From a virus, in IMG/VR virus record IMGVR_UViG_3300035189_000033, positions 22,539 to 86,538 of that record: a stretch of 64,000 bases of DNA; one strand, 5' to 3'. The notes below the pieces were generated by a model, which was not told the DNA's origin, did no database searches, and worked only from the letters and a program-made list of their open reading frames with translations. Shown here piece after piece: positions 35,669 through 45,637 of this stretch (the stretch's first letter is position 1; every line of letters starts with the position of its first letter). The translations under genes and the position numbers were made by a program.

Positions 35669-35932
35669 TTACAGCGGGTCGATGTTCTCGCGCAGCGCCA
35701 TCTTCATCCACTCGTTGATGTTCGCCTGCGTGGTGATTTCTTCGATCTTCGAGCGCAGCGGGTCAATCATCGGGCCGGCCCAGTCGGCTTGCATCCACTG
35801 CCGCAGATAAGCGCGCATGGCGCCGATCTGGTTGGGCGTCATCGGCTCGCGGCGCAGATACGCCTCGACCGCAGGCCGCAGCACGCCGCTGGTCTCGTTC
35901 ATCCAGTAGCCGGGAACGATCGGCATCGGCAT
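35669..35932 (-). CDS. Hypothetical protein
   Basis: PGYWMNETSGVLRPAVEAYL...IDPL; coupled. Confidence 0.7.
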   Translation of the reverse strand: MPMPIVPGYWMNETSGVLRPAVEAYLRREPMTPNQIGAMRAYLRQWMQADWAGPMIDPLRSKIEEITTQANINEWMKMALRENIDPL

Positions 35933-36546
35933 CAGCGGAAGTCCCGGAGCACCGCGGCCTCCTCGGCGTCGCGTGCCTCGATGGTGCCGTCTCTGATTTC
36001 ATGCCACTGGCGATCGGAACTGATCGGCGGCGGGAAGATCGTCATGGCGTCGCGGCTGTTCCAGCGGACGATGGTGGCGATGCCGCCCTTCTCGGCCTGT
36101 GAAAGCATGTAAGCGCGAAGCTCCGGCGCGCGGTGCGCGTCCGGGAAGGCCGGATCCACCCAGACTTGCAGCACCGTGATCTTGGTGCTGACGCCGGTCT
36201 CGTGGTTGATCATGGTGATATAATCGTAGGACAGGTCGATGACGTAGTGACAGCGATCCGGGCGCGGCATTGCGGCGGTGAGCGGGTCCGCGAGCCAGCG
36301 GCACGACCATGCCCGGCAGACATTCGGCCGGCGTGCATAGATGGTGCAGCCTTTGCCGTACTTGGCGTGCTGGCATTTCTTCCCGGCTGGTTTGGTGAGC
36401 TGCGGCACCGGCACAAGTTTGCAGCAGAGCGTGCATTCGCCGCACCTGCGTCCGGTGCCCTTGTTGTCCCAGGTGATGCTGGCGGAGCCGTCGGGGTTTT
36501 CGGTCAGCCGCATCTGGTCGCCGGCAAAACTAAGTTTGTCGCTCAT
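35932..36546 (-). CDS. YkgJ/FliB-like Cys-cluster protein
   Basis: CGECTLCCK...CQH...GCTIYARRPNVCRAWSCRWL; ATGA-coupled start 36546. Confidence 0.75.
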   Translation of the reverse strand: MSDKLSFAGDQMRLTENPDGSASITWDNKGTGRRCGECTLCCKLVPVPQLTKPAGKKCQHAKYGKGCTIYARRPNVCRAWSCRWLADPLTAAMPRPDRCHYVIDLSYDYITMINHETGVSTKITVLQVWVDPAFPDAHRAPELRAYMLSQAEKGGIATIVRWNSRDAMTIFPPPISSDRQWHEIRDGTIEARDAEEAAVLRDFR

Positions 36547-38589
36547 GCACGCTCCTCCGCCGCCCGGACTTTGCGGGCCAAGTCGCAGAGCGTCTTGGTT
36601 GTGGCATCGCTCTGGCCAGTCAGGACGACCCACATCTCGCGGTCGTACGGTGTCCATTCTCCGCCGCGATGAAACAGCAGCACCGCCCGCGCAAGCTTTT
36701 CCGCGTCGCTGATCGGGGTTTCGCTCATGCCTCTGGCCCGTGGATAATCGCGGCGTTGATCGGCACCAATTCCCGCACCAGTCCCACGTGACTCGCGAGG
36801 ATCTTTTCGCGGATGTCATTGGTTGCGGCCGGATTGCCGCGCACGATGTGACCGGCCAAAAAAGTCGCCAGCAGGTCGGCCAGGATCGCGGATTGAATCT
36901 CCGGCGGCCGGCCAGCAAGCACCACGGCGATCATCTTGACGACCGTTGCAAAGTCTTTCGGACGGCTATCGCTCATCGCGGCTCATCCTCCCGCCGAAGC
37001 GCGATTTCGGTCATCCGCTGCTTCACGAGAAGCACGAAATCCCGAGCCTCGTCGTCGGACACGTTGTGCATGAGCGCGGCGCGCCATTCCTCCAGGAACA
37101 GTTCGAGCGCGATCGGCAGGACGGGCGGAATGGTCATCGGGCTTGATCCGGCAAGCTTTGCATGATTTTGGCGGCCCAGCGTCGGGCAGCCTCCGCGTCG
37201 GGCGGTGGGATCGACACCAGGCCTTCGGCCACGGCCTCGGACTGACCGCCGAACGCCACCGCCGTTACGAGGGCGATCACCGGGTTACCTGCATCGTCCG
37301 TGCCTTGCCACATCCGCACCATCACCTCGTCCGCCATGAAGAAATGTTCGGTCGGTGTGATCGTCAGTTTCATCGGGTTTGCTCCTGCACCACCACCGCG
37401 GCATGCCCGGCCAGCGCCGCCGCATGGGTGTGATAGCGGATCAGCCGGGTCGGCACGCCGTCGGCGGTGAAACACATGGTTTCAAAACAAATTGGCGGTT
37501 CCCCCTCGCGCCTTGCGCTGCAATCGACGCCGAGAAACACCGTGGAGACGACAACGGGCGGATCGCCGACAGAACTGAGCGCAAGCTGGCTATCATGATC
37601 TCCCATCCACAGCGCCCAATCGACGATATGAGCGGCTTCGGGCTCGTTGTCGGCGTTGAGCACGTAAAACCGCGGACGAACGAAGTCGCCAAGCGACCGG
37701 CCTTTCGGCGGGACGTCCATTATTCCCAGCCTTCTGCAGGGGCGTCGCGGAATTCGGCGCGGTAAGCATCGCGCATGGTCTCGATGTCTTCCAGCCGCAC
37801 CGGCAGATCGGGCAGAACGCCATGCCGCGCCCCATGACCGGGAATAGCGCGGGCGCAGATGCCCAGCGCCTCAGTGCGCGAGAACGGCGCCGCTTCGGAG
37901 AGTCTGGCGGTGTAGCCATGCCGCTTCAACCACCACATACGATGTTCGACCGACCAGACCAGATAGGTTTCTTCCATCTCGTATCTCCGCCGCTTCCATT
38001 CGCTGAGTCGCCCGGTCAGCTTCTGCAGTGGCCGCTGGAATGGCGCTATGCCGGGTCGATTATCGTTCCCCAAAAATGCGTCCTATGGCGGCTTGCTCGC
38101 GTTCGCTCTGCCGTAATGCCGGTGCGGCTTCCTCCATCGAGGTGAACCGGGTGCGACCGAGTTCGTACAGCCAGCAATCGCGGGGCGAGTGGCACAGTCC
38201 GCACCACGGATCAATCGTACCGCTTCCTATCATCCTCGCGACGTGCGTGCGGAGCGGTTCCAGCGCCGCCTGTTCGGCAGCGTCCCGATCTTCAGCGACG
38301 ACAGCCGCGGCCAGGATGGCGTGACGCCTGGGGCCACAGAGGCATTGGGCGATCCAAACCGCGCTCATTTGCCGTCCTCTTTGCGGGGGGGAATTTCCGT
38401 GCACTCTCTCGCGCGGCGGATATGTCGGCCGAGTGACCAGATCACGCGATCAAGCGAGTGTGCGCCATCGCGCAGATCGCACCTCAAATCATGGGAGGCG
38501 TTCTCGCAGAGCGGTTGCACCGTGCGCACGATCGCCAGGGCATCTTCCAGCCGTCTATAGGCGGAGAGCCATTCGCTTTCGTGGCTCAT
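36543..38589 (-). CDS. Run of translationally coupled small hypothetical genes (36543-36728, 36725-36976, 36973-37137, 37134-37373, 37370-37720, 37720-38073, 38060-38368, 38365-38589)
   Basis: Consecutive ATGA/TAATG overlaps; no recognisable domains. Confidence 0.65.
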
Positions 38590-38804
38590 GACATACCGAG
38601 CCTGCGCAGGCGGCCGGGAACGCGCGCATCACGTTGTGAGTCCGCGCTCCATACCGCTTCGGTTACGGCTGTGATAGGATAAGGGTTAGAGAAGGGGGAG
38701 TGCCTGAGTGCCTGAGTGCCTGAGTGCCTGAGTGCCTGAGTGCACATCCGAGACCAACGGCTTGGCCGCACGCTCGCAACAGGGGGGCAAAGGTAGGCAC
38801 GCAT
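38586..38804 (-). CDS. Short ORF containing 8-bp tandem repeat
   Basis: GGAGGG SD; TGA overlaps ATG of the next gene. Confidence 0.45.
   Translation of the reverse strand: MRAYLCPPVASVRPSRWSRMCTQALRHSGTQALRHSPFSNPYPITAVTEAVWSADSQRDARVPGRLRRLGMS
38698..38743. repeat. (GAGTGCCT)5.75 tandem repeat
   Basis: Perfect 8-bp units. Confidence 0.95.
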
Positions 38805-38986
38805 CGGGCTTCCCTCCCAGGCAGAAAGATACTCATACGAGTATCATTCGTTACGCCGTCGCTGATCGGTTGCGGCGGCGGTGTTCGGCACTACCAAAAC
38901 GGCAAAGTCACCGAACTGTCAAGTCCGGATCTGTCGAATATCACACATGCCAAAGCCGTGATCGGGTCTTGCGAAGTCGAAATTGT

Positions 38987-40061
38987 TTAATTGTCCGTTA
39001 TGACTTCGCCCGGCTCCAGCCCCGCCTCGATGGCCTGCTGGATCAGGCTTAAAGCCTCATCGACCATCAGCCGCCGCGCGCGGCCGGGTGCGGGCAACGG
39101 GCGCTTGCACCAGAATTCGCCGCGTCCGCTGAAGCCCGAGATCCGCACGCAGACGGCGTCGGTGGACGGGTCATAGTAGCGAACCGACTGCCAAGCGTTC
39201 ATGGACGGCATTCACTCGTCCGGCCACGTGCGCTCGGTATAGGTGGTTTCCATGCGACGAATGAGGCCGAGAACGTGATGCTCCTCGCCATCCGCCCATG
39301 CCTTGGACGCCTCGATGCACTTCTGGCGGTTGCCGTCCTCGGTTTCGATAGTGGCCACGATGGCATAGCCGGCGACCTTGCCGGCACGCGCCTCGGCGAT
39401 CAGCCATATCAGCGTAGATATGAAGTTGGTGTCGTCGGGCTCGGGCGGGGTGTTCAGCACCGAGATCGAGGCGCCGCCGGTCTTGTAAGTGACCTTACTG
39501 ATCCGAACGCGCGCGGCGCTCATGCCGCGCTCAATGGCCCGCCGGGCCGCATCGGCTGGTCGGGGGCGAGCATCAGCGCCTTGATCCGGTCGATCAGCCA
39601 GTTGCATTGCGCCATTGTCAGATCGCTGTCGAGGAACACAAGGCTGCCGTCGGCCAGCTCGGACAGCACCAGCACGTTGGGCAGGTCCATCCGCTGGGCG
39701 ACGGCCAGCACATCGACGACGCTGTGAAACTGACGCGGCACCCGCAGCAGCGTCACCTCGCCGTCACTCATTGCAGTGTGCCGGCGATCTCTCGCGCGCC
39801 CATGCGGAGCTTCCGCAACCGTTCCTGCAACGCCGCGTGCTCTTCCGTGACAGCCTGGCGCAATCGCCCGTACGACGCCGCAACCTCGGCCATCTGATCG
39901 ATGTCCAACTGGGTCGGTTCGCGCCATTCGTCGGTCTGGATGTCGTAAATCCGCAGCGCCATGCTCGCCTCCTCTGTGCCGGGTTTCGCCCAGCCGCAAT
40001 AGACGCATGTTTTTGCGTTCGAGCGGTACAGGCACCAGCTATTGCACCGCTCGATCCGCAC
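38987..40061 (-). CDS. Four coupled small hypothetical genes (38987-39211, 39212-39523, 39520-39771, 39768-40061)
   Basis: Abutting or overlapping start-stop codons. Confidence 0.6.
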
Positions 40062-40399
40062 TCACATTTTCTGTGTCTGGCTCGGCTTGCCGTAGCGCTG
40101 CTTCATGTCGACCTGCGGCACCTTTGCCTTTGTGACCGGCATGTTGATGCCGGAACCCGTGTGCGCCTGCTTGCGCTCCTTGGTCGACTTGCCGCCGCCC
40201 TTCTTGTCCGCATTCTTCTTCATGACAGATCCCCTAGCTTGTTGCGCATCGTCGACGGCTTCTTGCCGCCACCCAAACCCGCGGCAATCGATTGGTCCTG
40301 TCGCGTTTCGTCCCGCATCATCTTGCCGGGCGTCGGCATTTTCGGGACCGGGCCTTTGATGGGGGCCGCGCGCTTGGGCTTGTGTATTCCCTTCTTCAT
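40062..40399 (-). CDS. Two Lys-rich small proteins (40062-40223, 40220-40399)
   Basis: MKKNADKKGGGK... and MKKGIHKPK...; ATGA coupling; AGGAG SD before 40399. Confidence 0.6.
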
Positions 40400-40427
40400 G
40401 TCGGCTGTTCTCCTGCTGGTGGCGCGT

Positions 40428-40796
40428 TTATCGGCGCCGCGGGTTTGACGACGCTTTTGCCGGGATCTTGCCTTTGTTGATCATCGCGAGCGCGTTCGGG
40501 CCAAGCTTGGCGACGGCGGCCTTCTTGACGACGTATTCGCCCTTTTTGGCAGGGATCATGCCGTCGTCCTTGCCGACCTTGGGGCCCGCCACCTTGCGGA
40601 TAAGGCCGCCTTTGGCCTTGCCATCTCCGGCCATCGCTTTCGCCGCGTTGTCCAAAAACATCTGCTTCATCTTTGGATCGGTTTCTTGTGCGGCTTGACC
40701 CTTGAGGAATCGCTGCACGTCTGGGTCCGCACGGTAGGTTCCGCCAGCGGCGCGAAACTCAGTTTCGATCTCATCGTCAGGAGGTTTTCTTGCCAC
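40428..40796 (-). CDS. Basic protein with AKGG...KDD.IPA..GEYVV motif
   Basis: Motif resembles those in phage tape-measure/ejection-type proteins. Confidence 0.7.
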   Translation of the reverse strand: MARKPPDDEIETEFRAAGGTYRADPDVQRFLKGQAAQETDPKMKQMFLDNAAKAMAGDGKAKGGLIRKVAGPKVGKDDGMIPAKKGEYVVKKAAVAKLGPNALAMINKGKIPAKASSNPRRR

Positions 40797-40802
40797 GGGG
40801 CT

Positions 40803-41153
40803 TTATCCTTTTCCGATGACTTCCAGCTGGTCTTTTGGTGTGTATCCGGCCTCGAACGCTTCCTTCGGCGAGACGGAGCAAAACCCGTCGGCGTAGACGA
40901 CTGCATAGCCGCCAATCTCGGCGCGGGCGGCCATTGCCGGTTCGGACGGATAGAACCGTTCGACCCGGTCATCGCCGTAGGGTTTGACCAGGATGGCAAC
41001 GCCGCTGTCCCCGACCCCGCATTCGGGTCGGCCTAAGCCGTGGATGACCGCCGCTGCCACGATCTTGTGGGAAACGTAGCGTGGCCAAAGTTGAAACTGC
41101 GCTTTGGCTCGGGTGTCGTCATCGGGCTGATAAGCCAACGGCTCGATGGACAT
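40803..41153 (-). CDS. Conserved small phage protein (GYxVxYxDG...SPKxxFExGY)
   Basis: YVSHKIVAA...GYAVVYADGFCSVSPKEAFEAGY. Confidence 0.75.
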   Translation of the reverse strand: MSIEPLAYQPDDDTRAKAQFQLWPRYVSHKIVAAAVIHGLGRPECGVGDSGVAILVKPYGDDRVERFYPSEPAMAARAEIGGYAVVYADGFCSVSPKEAFEAGYTPKDQLEVIGKG

Positions 41154-41241
41154 AGCGGGCACGCCTTTCGCGATCGTCGATAAGTCATTGCTAACAGAGC
41201 GCTTGCGCGCTCGCAAGAAAACGGTCTGGCGTCAGACAGGC

Positions 41242-41526
41242 TCACCGGCGCCGCATTTCATCTTCCAGTTTGCTGATGCGCTGACTGAGCGTGAGGTTTT
41301 CTTGCAGTCCGTACAGCACATGCGCCCGCGTGGTGTCGGCATCGGTTCGCAGCGCCGGCATCTTATCGAGGATATCGTCCAGCTTGTTGTTCAGTTGCTC
41401 GCGCAGCCGGGTTTGCTCGGCTTCCACCGCCACCATGCGGGTTTCAACGCGGCTAAGGCGTTCAGACATATCCGCCTGCCCTGTTTCCAGGCGGGCGAGT
41501 GCGGCAAGGATCTGGTCGTCGGACAT
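41242..41526 (-). CDS. Coiled-coil protein
   Basis: AAGGAG SD; heptad pattern. Confidence 0.75.
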   Translation of the reverse strand: MSDDQILAALARLETGQADMSERLSRVETRMVAVEAEQTRLREQLNNKLDDILDKMPALRTDADTTRAHVLYGLQENLTLSQRISKLEDEMRRR

Positions 41527-41550
41527 CGGTTCTCCTTGGTAATGCCGGTG

Positions 41551-41781
41551 TTAGTGGGCGGGCGGAACAACGATCGATCCGGGCTGAAAGATGATTTGCG
41601 TTACCGGTGGGTTGTTCTGGCCGATCTTGAAGCCAAGCACGCCCGCGATCGCTGCAACCGCAGTCACCAGCAAGGCGATGTTCCGCGGCGTTTCCCAGAA
41701 CGCCTGCTTGTCCTTGAGTCGCAAATCCGTCTGCATGACGCTGATTTTCCAATCCTGTTCTTCTTGGTCGCGTGTCGGCAT
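41551..41781 (-). CDS. Small single-TM protein
   Basis: IALLVTAVAAIAGVLGF hydrophobic stretch. Confidence 0.6.
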   Translation of the reverse strand: MPTRDQEEQDWKISVMQTDLRLKDKQAFWETPRNIALLVTAVAAIAGVLGFKIGQNNPPVTQIIFQPGSIVVPPAH

Positions 41782-41824
41782 AAACTCAGTATGCGGCGCG
41801 GCTCAGGCGCCGGACAATACCATT

Positions 41825-43168
41825 ATGGTGATGGAGGTTACCGTCCGAACATTGATTATTGATGCGGACCACGTCGGACTCGATGCCGCGATGCGGTTCG
41901 CCGCGGCCGGGCATGAGGTCCGGCTGTTCCGCTGGTCGAAGAAGCCGACCCGCTACGCCGAGGGCTTTGCGGGTATCGAGATCGTGCCCGACTACAAGGA
42001 GCACATGGCCTGGGCGAAAGACGGTTTGATCTTCAACACCACCAACAGCCGGTATTTGTGGGAGCTTGACCGCTACCGCAGCGACTTCGGCTACAAGATA
42101 TTCAGCCCGACCGTCGCCTCCGCCCGCCTCGAAATCAACCGCCAGGCTGGCATGGACGCCATGGCGAGCATCGGCATCGAGGTGCCGCCTTTCCAGACCT
42201 TTGACAGCCTCGCCGCGGCCGAGGCGTTCGCGCGCAAGTCCGACCGCGCCTGGGTGTTCAAGCCGATGGGCGACGAAGAAGACAAGTCGCTGACCTATGT
42301 CGCGAAAGACCCGGCCGATATGGTGGGCTGGCTGCGGCGGCAGATGGCGCTCGGCAAGGCGCTCAAAGGCAAGGCGATGCTGCAAGAGAAGGTCGAGCGC
42401 ATCGCCGAACTGGGCGTGTCGGGCTGGATGGGGCCGGAAGGCTTCCTGCCGGAGCGGTTCCAGGTCTGTTTCGAGCACAAGAATCTGTTCAATGAAGAAC
42501 TGGGGCCCGCCACCGGCGAGATGGGGTCGGTCTGCCAGTACACCGACAAGGACAAGCTGGCCGAGCAGATGCTGCTGCCGCTGGAGCCGATCCTGCGCAC
42601 CCTCGGCCACCGCGGGGACTTCGCCATCGGCGCCATCATCGACGCCAAGGGCCGCGCTCATTTCCTCGAAGTCACCGCCCGCTGCGGCTATCCCGCGTGG
42701 TGGATCCAGGCGGCCTCGCATCGCGGCGACCCGGCGCAATGGATGCGCGATCTGCTCGACGGCAAGGACTCGCTGAAAGTCTCCAACGACGTCGCCATCG
42801 GCGTGGTCATGGCGCAGCCGCAGTTTCCCTACGAGACCGCATCGCCCGAACAGGTCGAAGGCGTGCCTATTCGCGGCGCCGCGGAAGCACTGGCCAACAT
42901 TCATCTGGTCGAGGTGATGATGGGCAAGGGGCCGGTCATGGAGGGGGGCCGCGTCGTGGACCGGCCGACCTATCAGACCGCCGGCGAATACGTCCTGGTC
43001 GCCACCGCGCTGGGCCGGACGCTTGGCCGTGCGCAGGCCAAGGTCTATACCACGATAGACACGATACACTTTCCCAACCGGATGTACCGGACGGATATCG
43101 GGAACAAGGTGATTGACAGTCTCCCGAGGCTTCATTCTTTCGGTTACGCCTTGACCATGCAGGCTTAA
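41825..43168 (+). CDS. PurD (GAR synthetase)-like ATP-grasp ligase; start uncertain (41825, 41831 or 41843)
   Basis: ARLEINR, WVFKP, LQEK, FEHKNLFNEELGPATGEMG, FLEVTARCGYP, MYRTDIG. Confidence 0.85.
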   Translation: MVMEVTVRTLIIDADHVGLDAAMRFAAAGHEVRLFRWSKKPTRYAEGFAGIEIVPDYKEHMAWAKDGLIFNTTNSRYLWELDRYRSDFGYKIFSPTVASARLEINRQAGMDAMASIGIEVPPFQTFDSLAAAEAFARKSDRAWVFKPMGDEEDKSLTYVAKDPADMVGWLRRQMALGKALKGKAMLQEKVERIAELGVSGWMGPEGFLPERFQVCFEHKNLFNEELGPATGEMGSVCQYTDKDKLAEQMLLPLEPILRTLGHRGDFAIGAIIDAKGRAHFLEVTARCGYPAWWIQAASHRGDPAQWMRDLLDGKDSLKVSNDVAIGVVMAQPQFPYETASPEQVEGVPIRGAAEALANIHLVEVMMGKGPVMEGGRVVDRPTYQTAGEYVLVATALGRTLGRAQAKVYTTIDTIHFPNRMYRTDIGNKVIDSLPRLHSFGYALTMQA

Positions 43169-43198
43169 ACGACACCCCACTGAAGGACTGTCTGCGCC

Positions 43199-44152
43199 GT
43201 GTCCACGATGATCCTAGCGCCTAGCCCGGTTCAGCAGTTCGTTGACAATAACAACAACCTGCTGGTGGGCGGGCTGTTGTTCGTCTACGCCGCCGGCACC
43301 ACCACCAAGCAGGCCGCGTTCACCGACGCCTCCGGCGCCACCGCCCTGCCTGATCCCGTCGTGCTCAATGCCCGCGGCGAGGTCGCAGCTTCGTCGACCG
43401 GCACGTCCTGCGGGCTGTGGCTCGATCCGACGCTGGCCTACAAGCTGGTGCTGGCGCCGGCCACCGACAGCGATCCGCCGACCCATCCGTTCTGGACCAT
43501 CGACAACATCGTCTCGCCGCAATCGGCGATCCTGGCGGCGGTGAGCGAGTATCAGGCCAGCCTCGGCGGCACCCCGATCGGCGGCATGATCGCCTATGGC
43601 GGCGCCGCCGCACCCCCCGGGTGGCTGCTCTGCTACGGCCAGGCGGTGTCTCGCACAAGCTATGCGCTGCTGTTCGCCATTCTCGGCATCGACTACGGCG
43701 CCGGCGACGGGTCCACCACGTTCAATCTGCCCGACAAACGCGGCCGGATGTCGATCGGCGCCGACAACATGGGCGGCAGCGCGGCCAACCGCGTCACCCA
43801 GGCGGTGTCTGGCATCCTGGCAACCACGGTCGGGCAGGCGGGCGGCAACCAGTTGGCGCAGCAGGACACACTGACCGCGACAACCACGGTGAGCGTCGGC
43901 GATCCCGGCCACCAGCACACCGCCGCGGGGTCGCTGATCAATGGCACGGCCGCTCCTGGCGCCAGCACCGGCGCCGGCGGGGTGACCACTTACCCGCAGC
44001 CGATCGCCGAAGGGTTCATCACCAACGCGGCCTCGACCGGAATATCCGCCACCGCAGCAACCACGGTCACGTCGGCGCTGACCGGCGCGAGCCAGAACAT
44101 GCCGCCAGCGGAGGTCGACAACTGGATCATCTACACCGGAACGACGTCATGA
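43199..44152 (+). CDS. Tail fibre with head-binding-like N-terminus and tail collar domain
   Basis: QFVDNN...GGLLFVYAAGTTT...PVVLNARGE; PIGGMIAYGG..APPGWLLCYGQAVSRTSYALLF...FNLPDKRGR. Confidence 0.85.
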   Translation: MSTMILAPSPVQQFVDNNNNLLVGGLLFVYAAGTTTKQAAFTDASGATALPDPVVLNARGEVAASSTGTSCGLWLDPTLAYKLVLAPATDSDPPTHPFWTIDNIVSPQSAILAAVSEYQASLGGTPIGGMIAYGGAAAPPGWLLCYGQAVSRTSYALLFAILGIDYGAGDGSTTFNLPDKRGRMSIGADNMGGSAANRVTQAVSGILATTVGQAGGNQLAQQDTLTATTTVSVGDPGHQHTAAGSLINGTAAPGASTGAGGVTTYPQPIAEGFITNAASTGISATAATTVTSALTGASQNMPPAEVDNWIIYTGTTS

Positions 44153-44745
44153 ACATCGGGCAGGCGTTGGGCTACGCCGTGACCATCGTCAACGGCTCCG
44201 AGGGGTACACACCCGTGGCCTTCCTCGACACGCTGGCGAGCGAACCGGTGTGGACGATCGGGCACGGCACGACCCGGGTTGCCGGTCAACCGGTGCAGCC
44301 CGGCATGACCTGCACCCGCGAACAGGCCGATCTCTGGGCGATGACGGACATGACCGCGGCGGCGCATTATGTGCTGGAAGAGTCCAAGGTGCCGCTCAAC
44401 GAATTTCAACTCGGTGCGTTGATCTCGTTTTGCTACAACATCGGCGACGGGAATTTCCGCGCCTCATCCGTTCTCGAAGCGCTCAACCTCGGGCTTTACA
44501 CTGTCGCCGCCGATCGCCTGCTGGAATACGACGAAGCGGGCGGGGTGGTTCGCGGCGGTCTGGAAACGCGGCGCGGCCGTGAGCGAGCGCTGTTCCTGTT
44601 GGGCTGCCCGCATGGGGCGCTGACCCTCGCAGCCGAGCGGGCCAGCGTCGAGCAGGCTGCGGCGGATGCGGAAACAGCCCGCGAGGATGCGGAGACCGAC
44701 GCGCTTAATCAAGCGTCGCTCGATCGCATTGCGAAAGGAAAATGA
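44149..44745 (+). CDS. Endolysin, GH24 lysozyme
   Basis: SEG...D...WTIGHG, ALISFCYNIG, GLETRRGRERALF; ATGA-coupled. Confidence 0.9.
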   Translation: MNIGQALGYAVTIVNGSEGYTPVAFLDTLASEPVWTIGHGTTRVAGQPVQPGMTCTREQADLWAMTDMTAAAHYVLEESKVPLNEFQLGALISFCYNIGDGNFRASSVLEALNLGLYTVAADRLLEYDEAGGVVRGGLETRRGRERALFLLGCPHGALTLAAERASVEQAAADAETAREDAETDALNQASLDRIAKGK

Positions 44746-44764
44746 ATCGGCTAAAAGCCGTTAC

Positions 44765-45340
44765 ATGCTCCCATTGATCCCGTTGGTTATCAGTCTTGTT
44801 CCGAGTTTGACGAAATGGCTGTTCGGCTCGCAGGCGGCAGCCACCGTAACCCAGGTGACGCAGGTCGTGCACAGCCTGACCGGATCGACCGATCCGGCGA
44901 CCGTCAGTGCCGCGATCACCGCAGATCCAGCGCTGGCGAACCAGATCACCTTGCAACTCGCGCAGATCGCCGCGCAACGCGAGCAAGAGGCTGACGCGAC
45001 GAATCAGGCGGCACTGGTGGCAACGCTCTCCGACATCGCCTCGGCGCGGGCTCAGACGGTGGCTCTTGCCACAGCCAAGTCCCCGATCGCGTGGGGGGCG
45101 CCGGTGGTGTCGACCCTGGTTCTCGGCACGTTCGGCCTGATGCTGGGGTTGGTCCTGTCGCGCACGGTGCCGCCGGGCAGCGAGGCGCTTGCCAACATCA
45201 TGATGGGCACGCTGGCGGGCATGGCCTCGGCCGTCGTGTCGTACTGGGTCGGCTCCAGTGCCGGATCAGCCCGCAAATCCGATGACCTCGCGCGTGCCCA
45301 GGATCAACTTGCCGCCTCGACACCACAGCCCGCAAGCTGA
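44765..45340 (+). CDS. Holin-like membrane protein
   Basis: TM segments, YWVGSSAGSARK C-terminal motif, adjacent to endolysin. Confidence 0.75.
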   Translation: MLPLIPLVISLVPSLTKWLFGSQAAATVTQVTQVVHSLTGSTDPATVSAAITADPALANQITLQLAQIAAQREQEADATNQAALVATLSDIASARAQTVALATAKSPIAWGAPVVSTLVLGTFGLMLGLVLSRTVPPGSEALANIMMGTLAGMASAVVSYWVGSSAGSARKSDDLARAQDQLAASTPQPAS

Positions 45341-45378
45341 TACGTTGCCGCCTCGGCTAAAGCACATCCCGCCTCAAA

Positions 45379-45416
45379 CCCCTCGTCGGACCCGAAACCG
45401 GCGGGGGATTTTTTTG
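45379..45416 (+). terminator. Rho-independent terminator
   Basis: cccctcgtcgg...ccggcggggg hairpin followed by T7. Confidence 0.7.
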
Positions 45417-45637
45417 TCGCGATCCGACTTCAAACTCCTCAGATCAGTGCGTGACACGAACGTTGCTCATCGGTATTAACGGGCCGGGGCGGGCGCTGCG
45501 CATTTAAAGCAGCGGGACGTGCGTAAACTCGAAATCGTCGTCCTGCTTCGCGCGCTCGGGTGTGCGCAAGCACGCTTGGGACGGTGGCGGCGAGGCATGA
45601 CCGGACAACGTCCGCCCGCCCCAGTTCCAGAGGTCCC

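Noticed and set aside
41011-41031. 13-bp match (ccccgcattcggg) to the hairpin insert at 5336
   Set aside because: A match this short is plausible by chance in 64 kb of GC-rich DNA, and the host ORF here is intact
41825-43168. Genuine purD auxiliary metabolic gene
   Set aside because: Divergent N-terminus and TGEMG motif, and virion-gene context; gene symbol withheld
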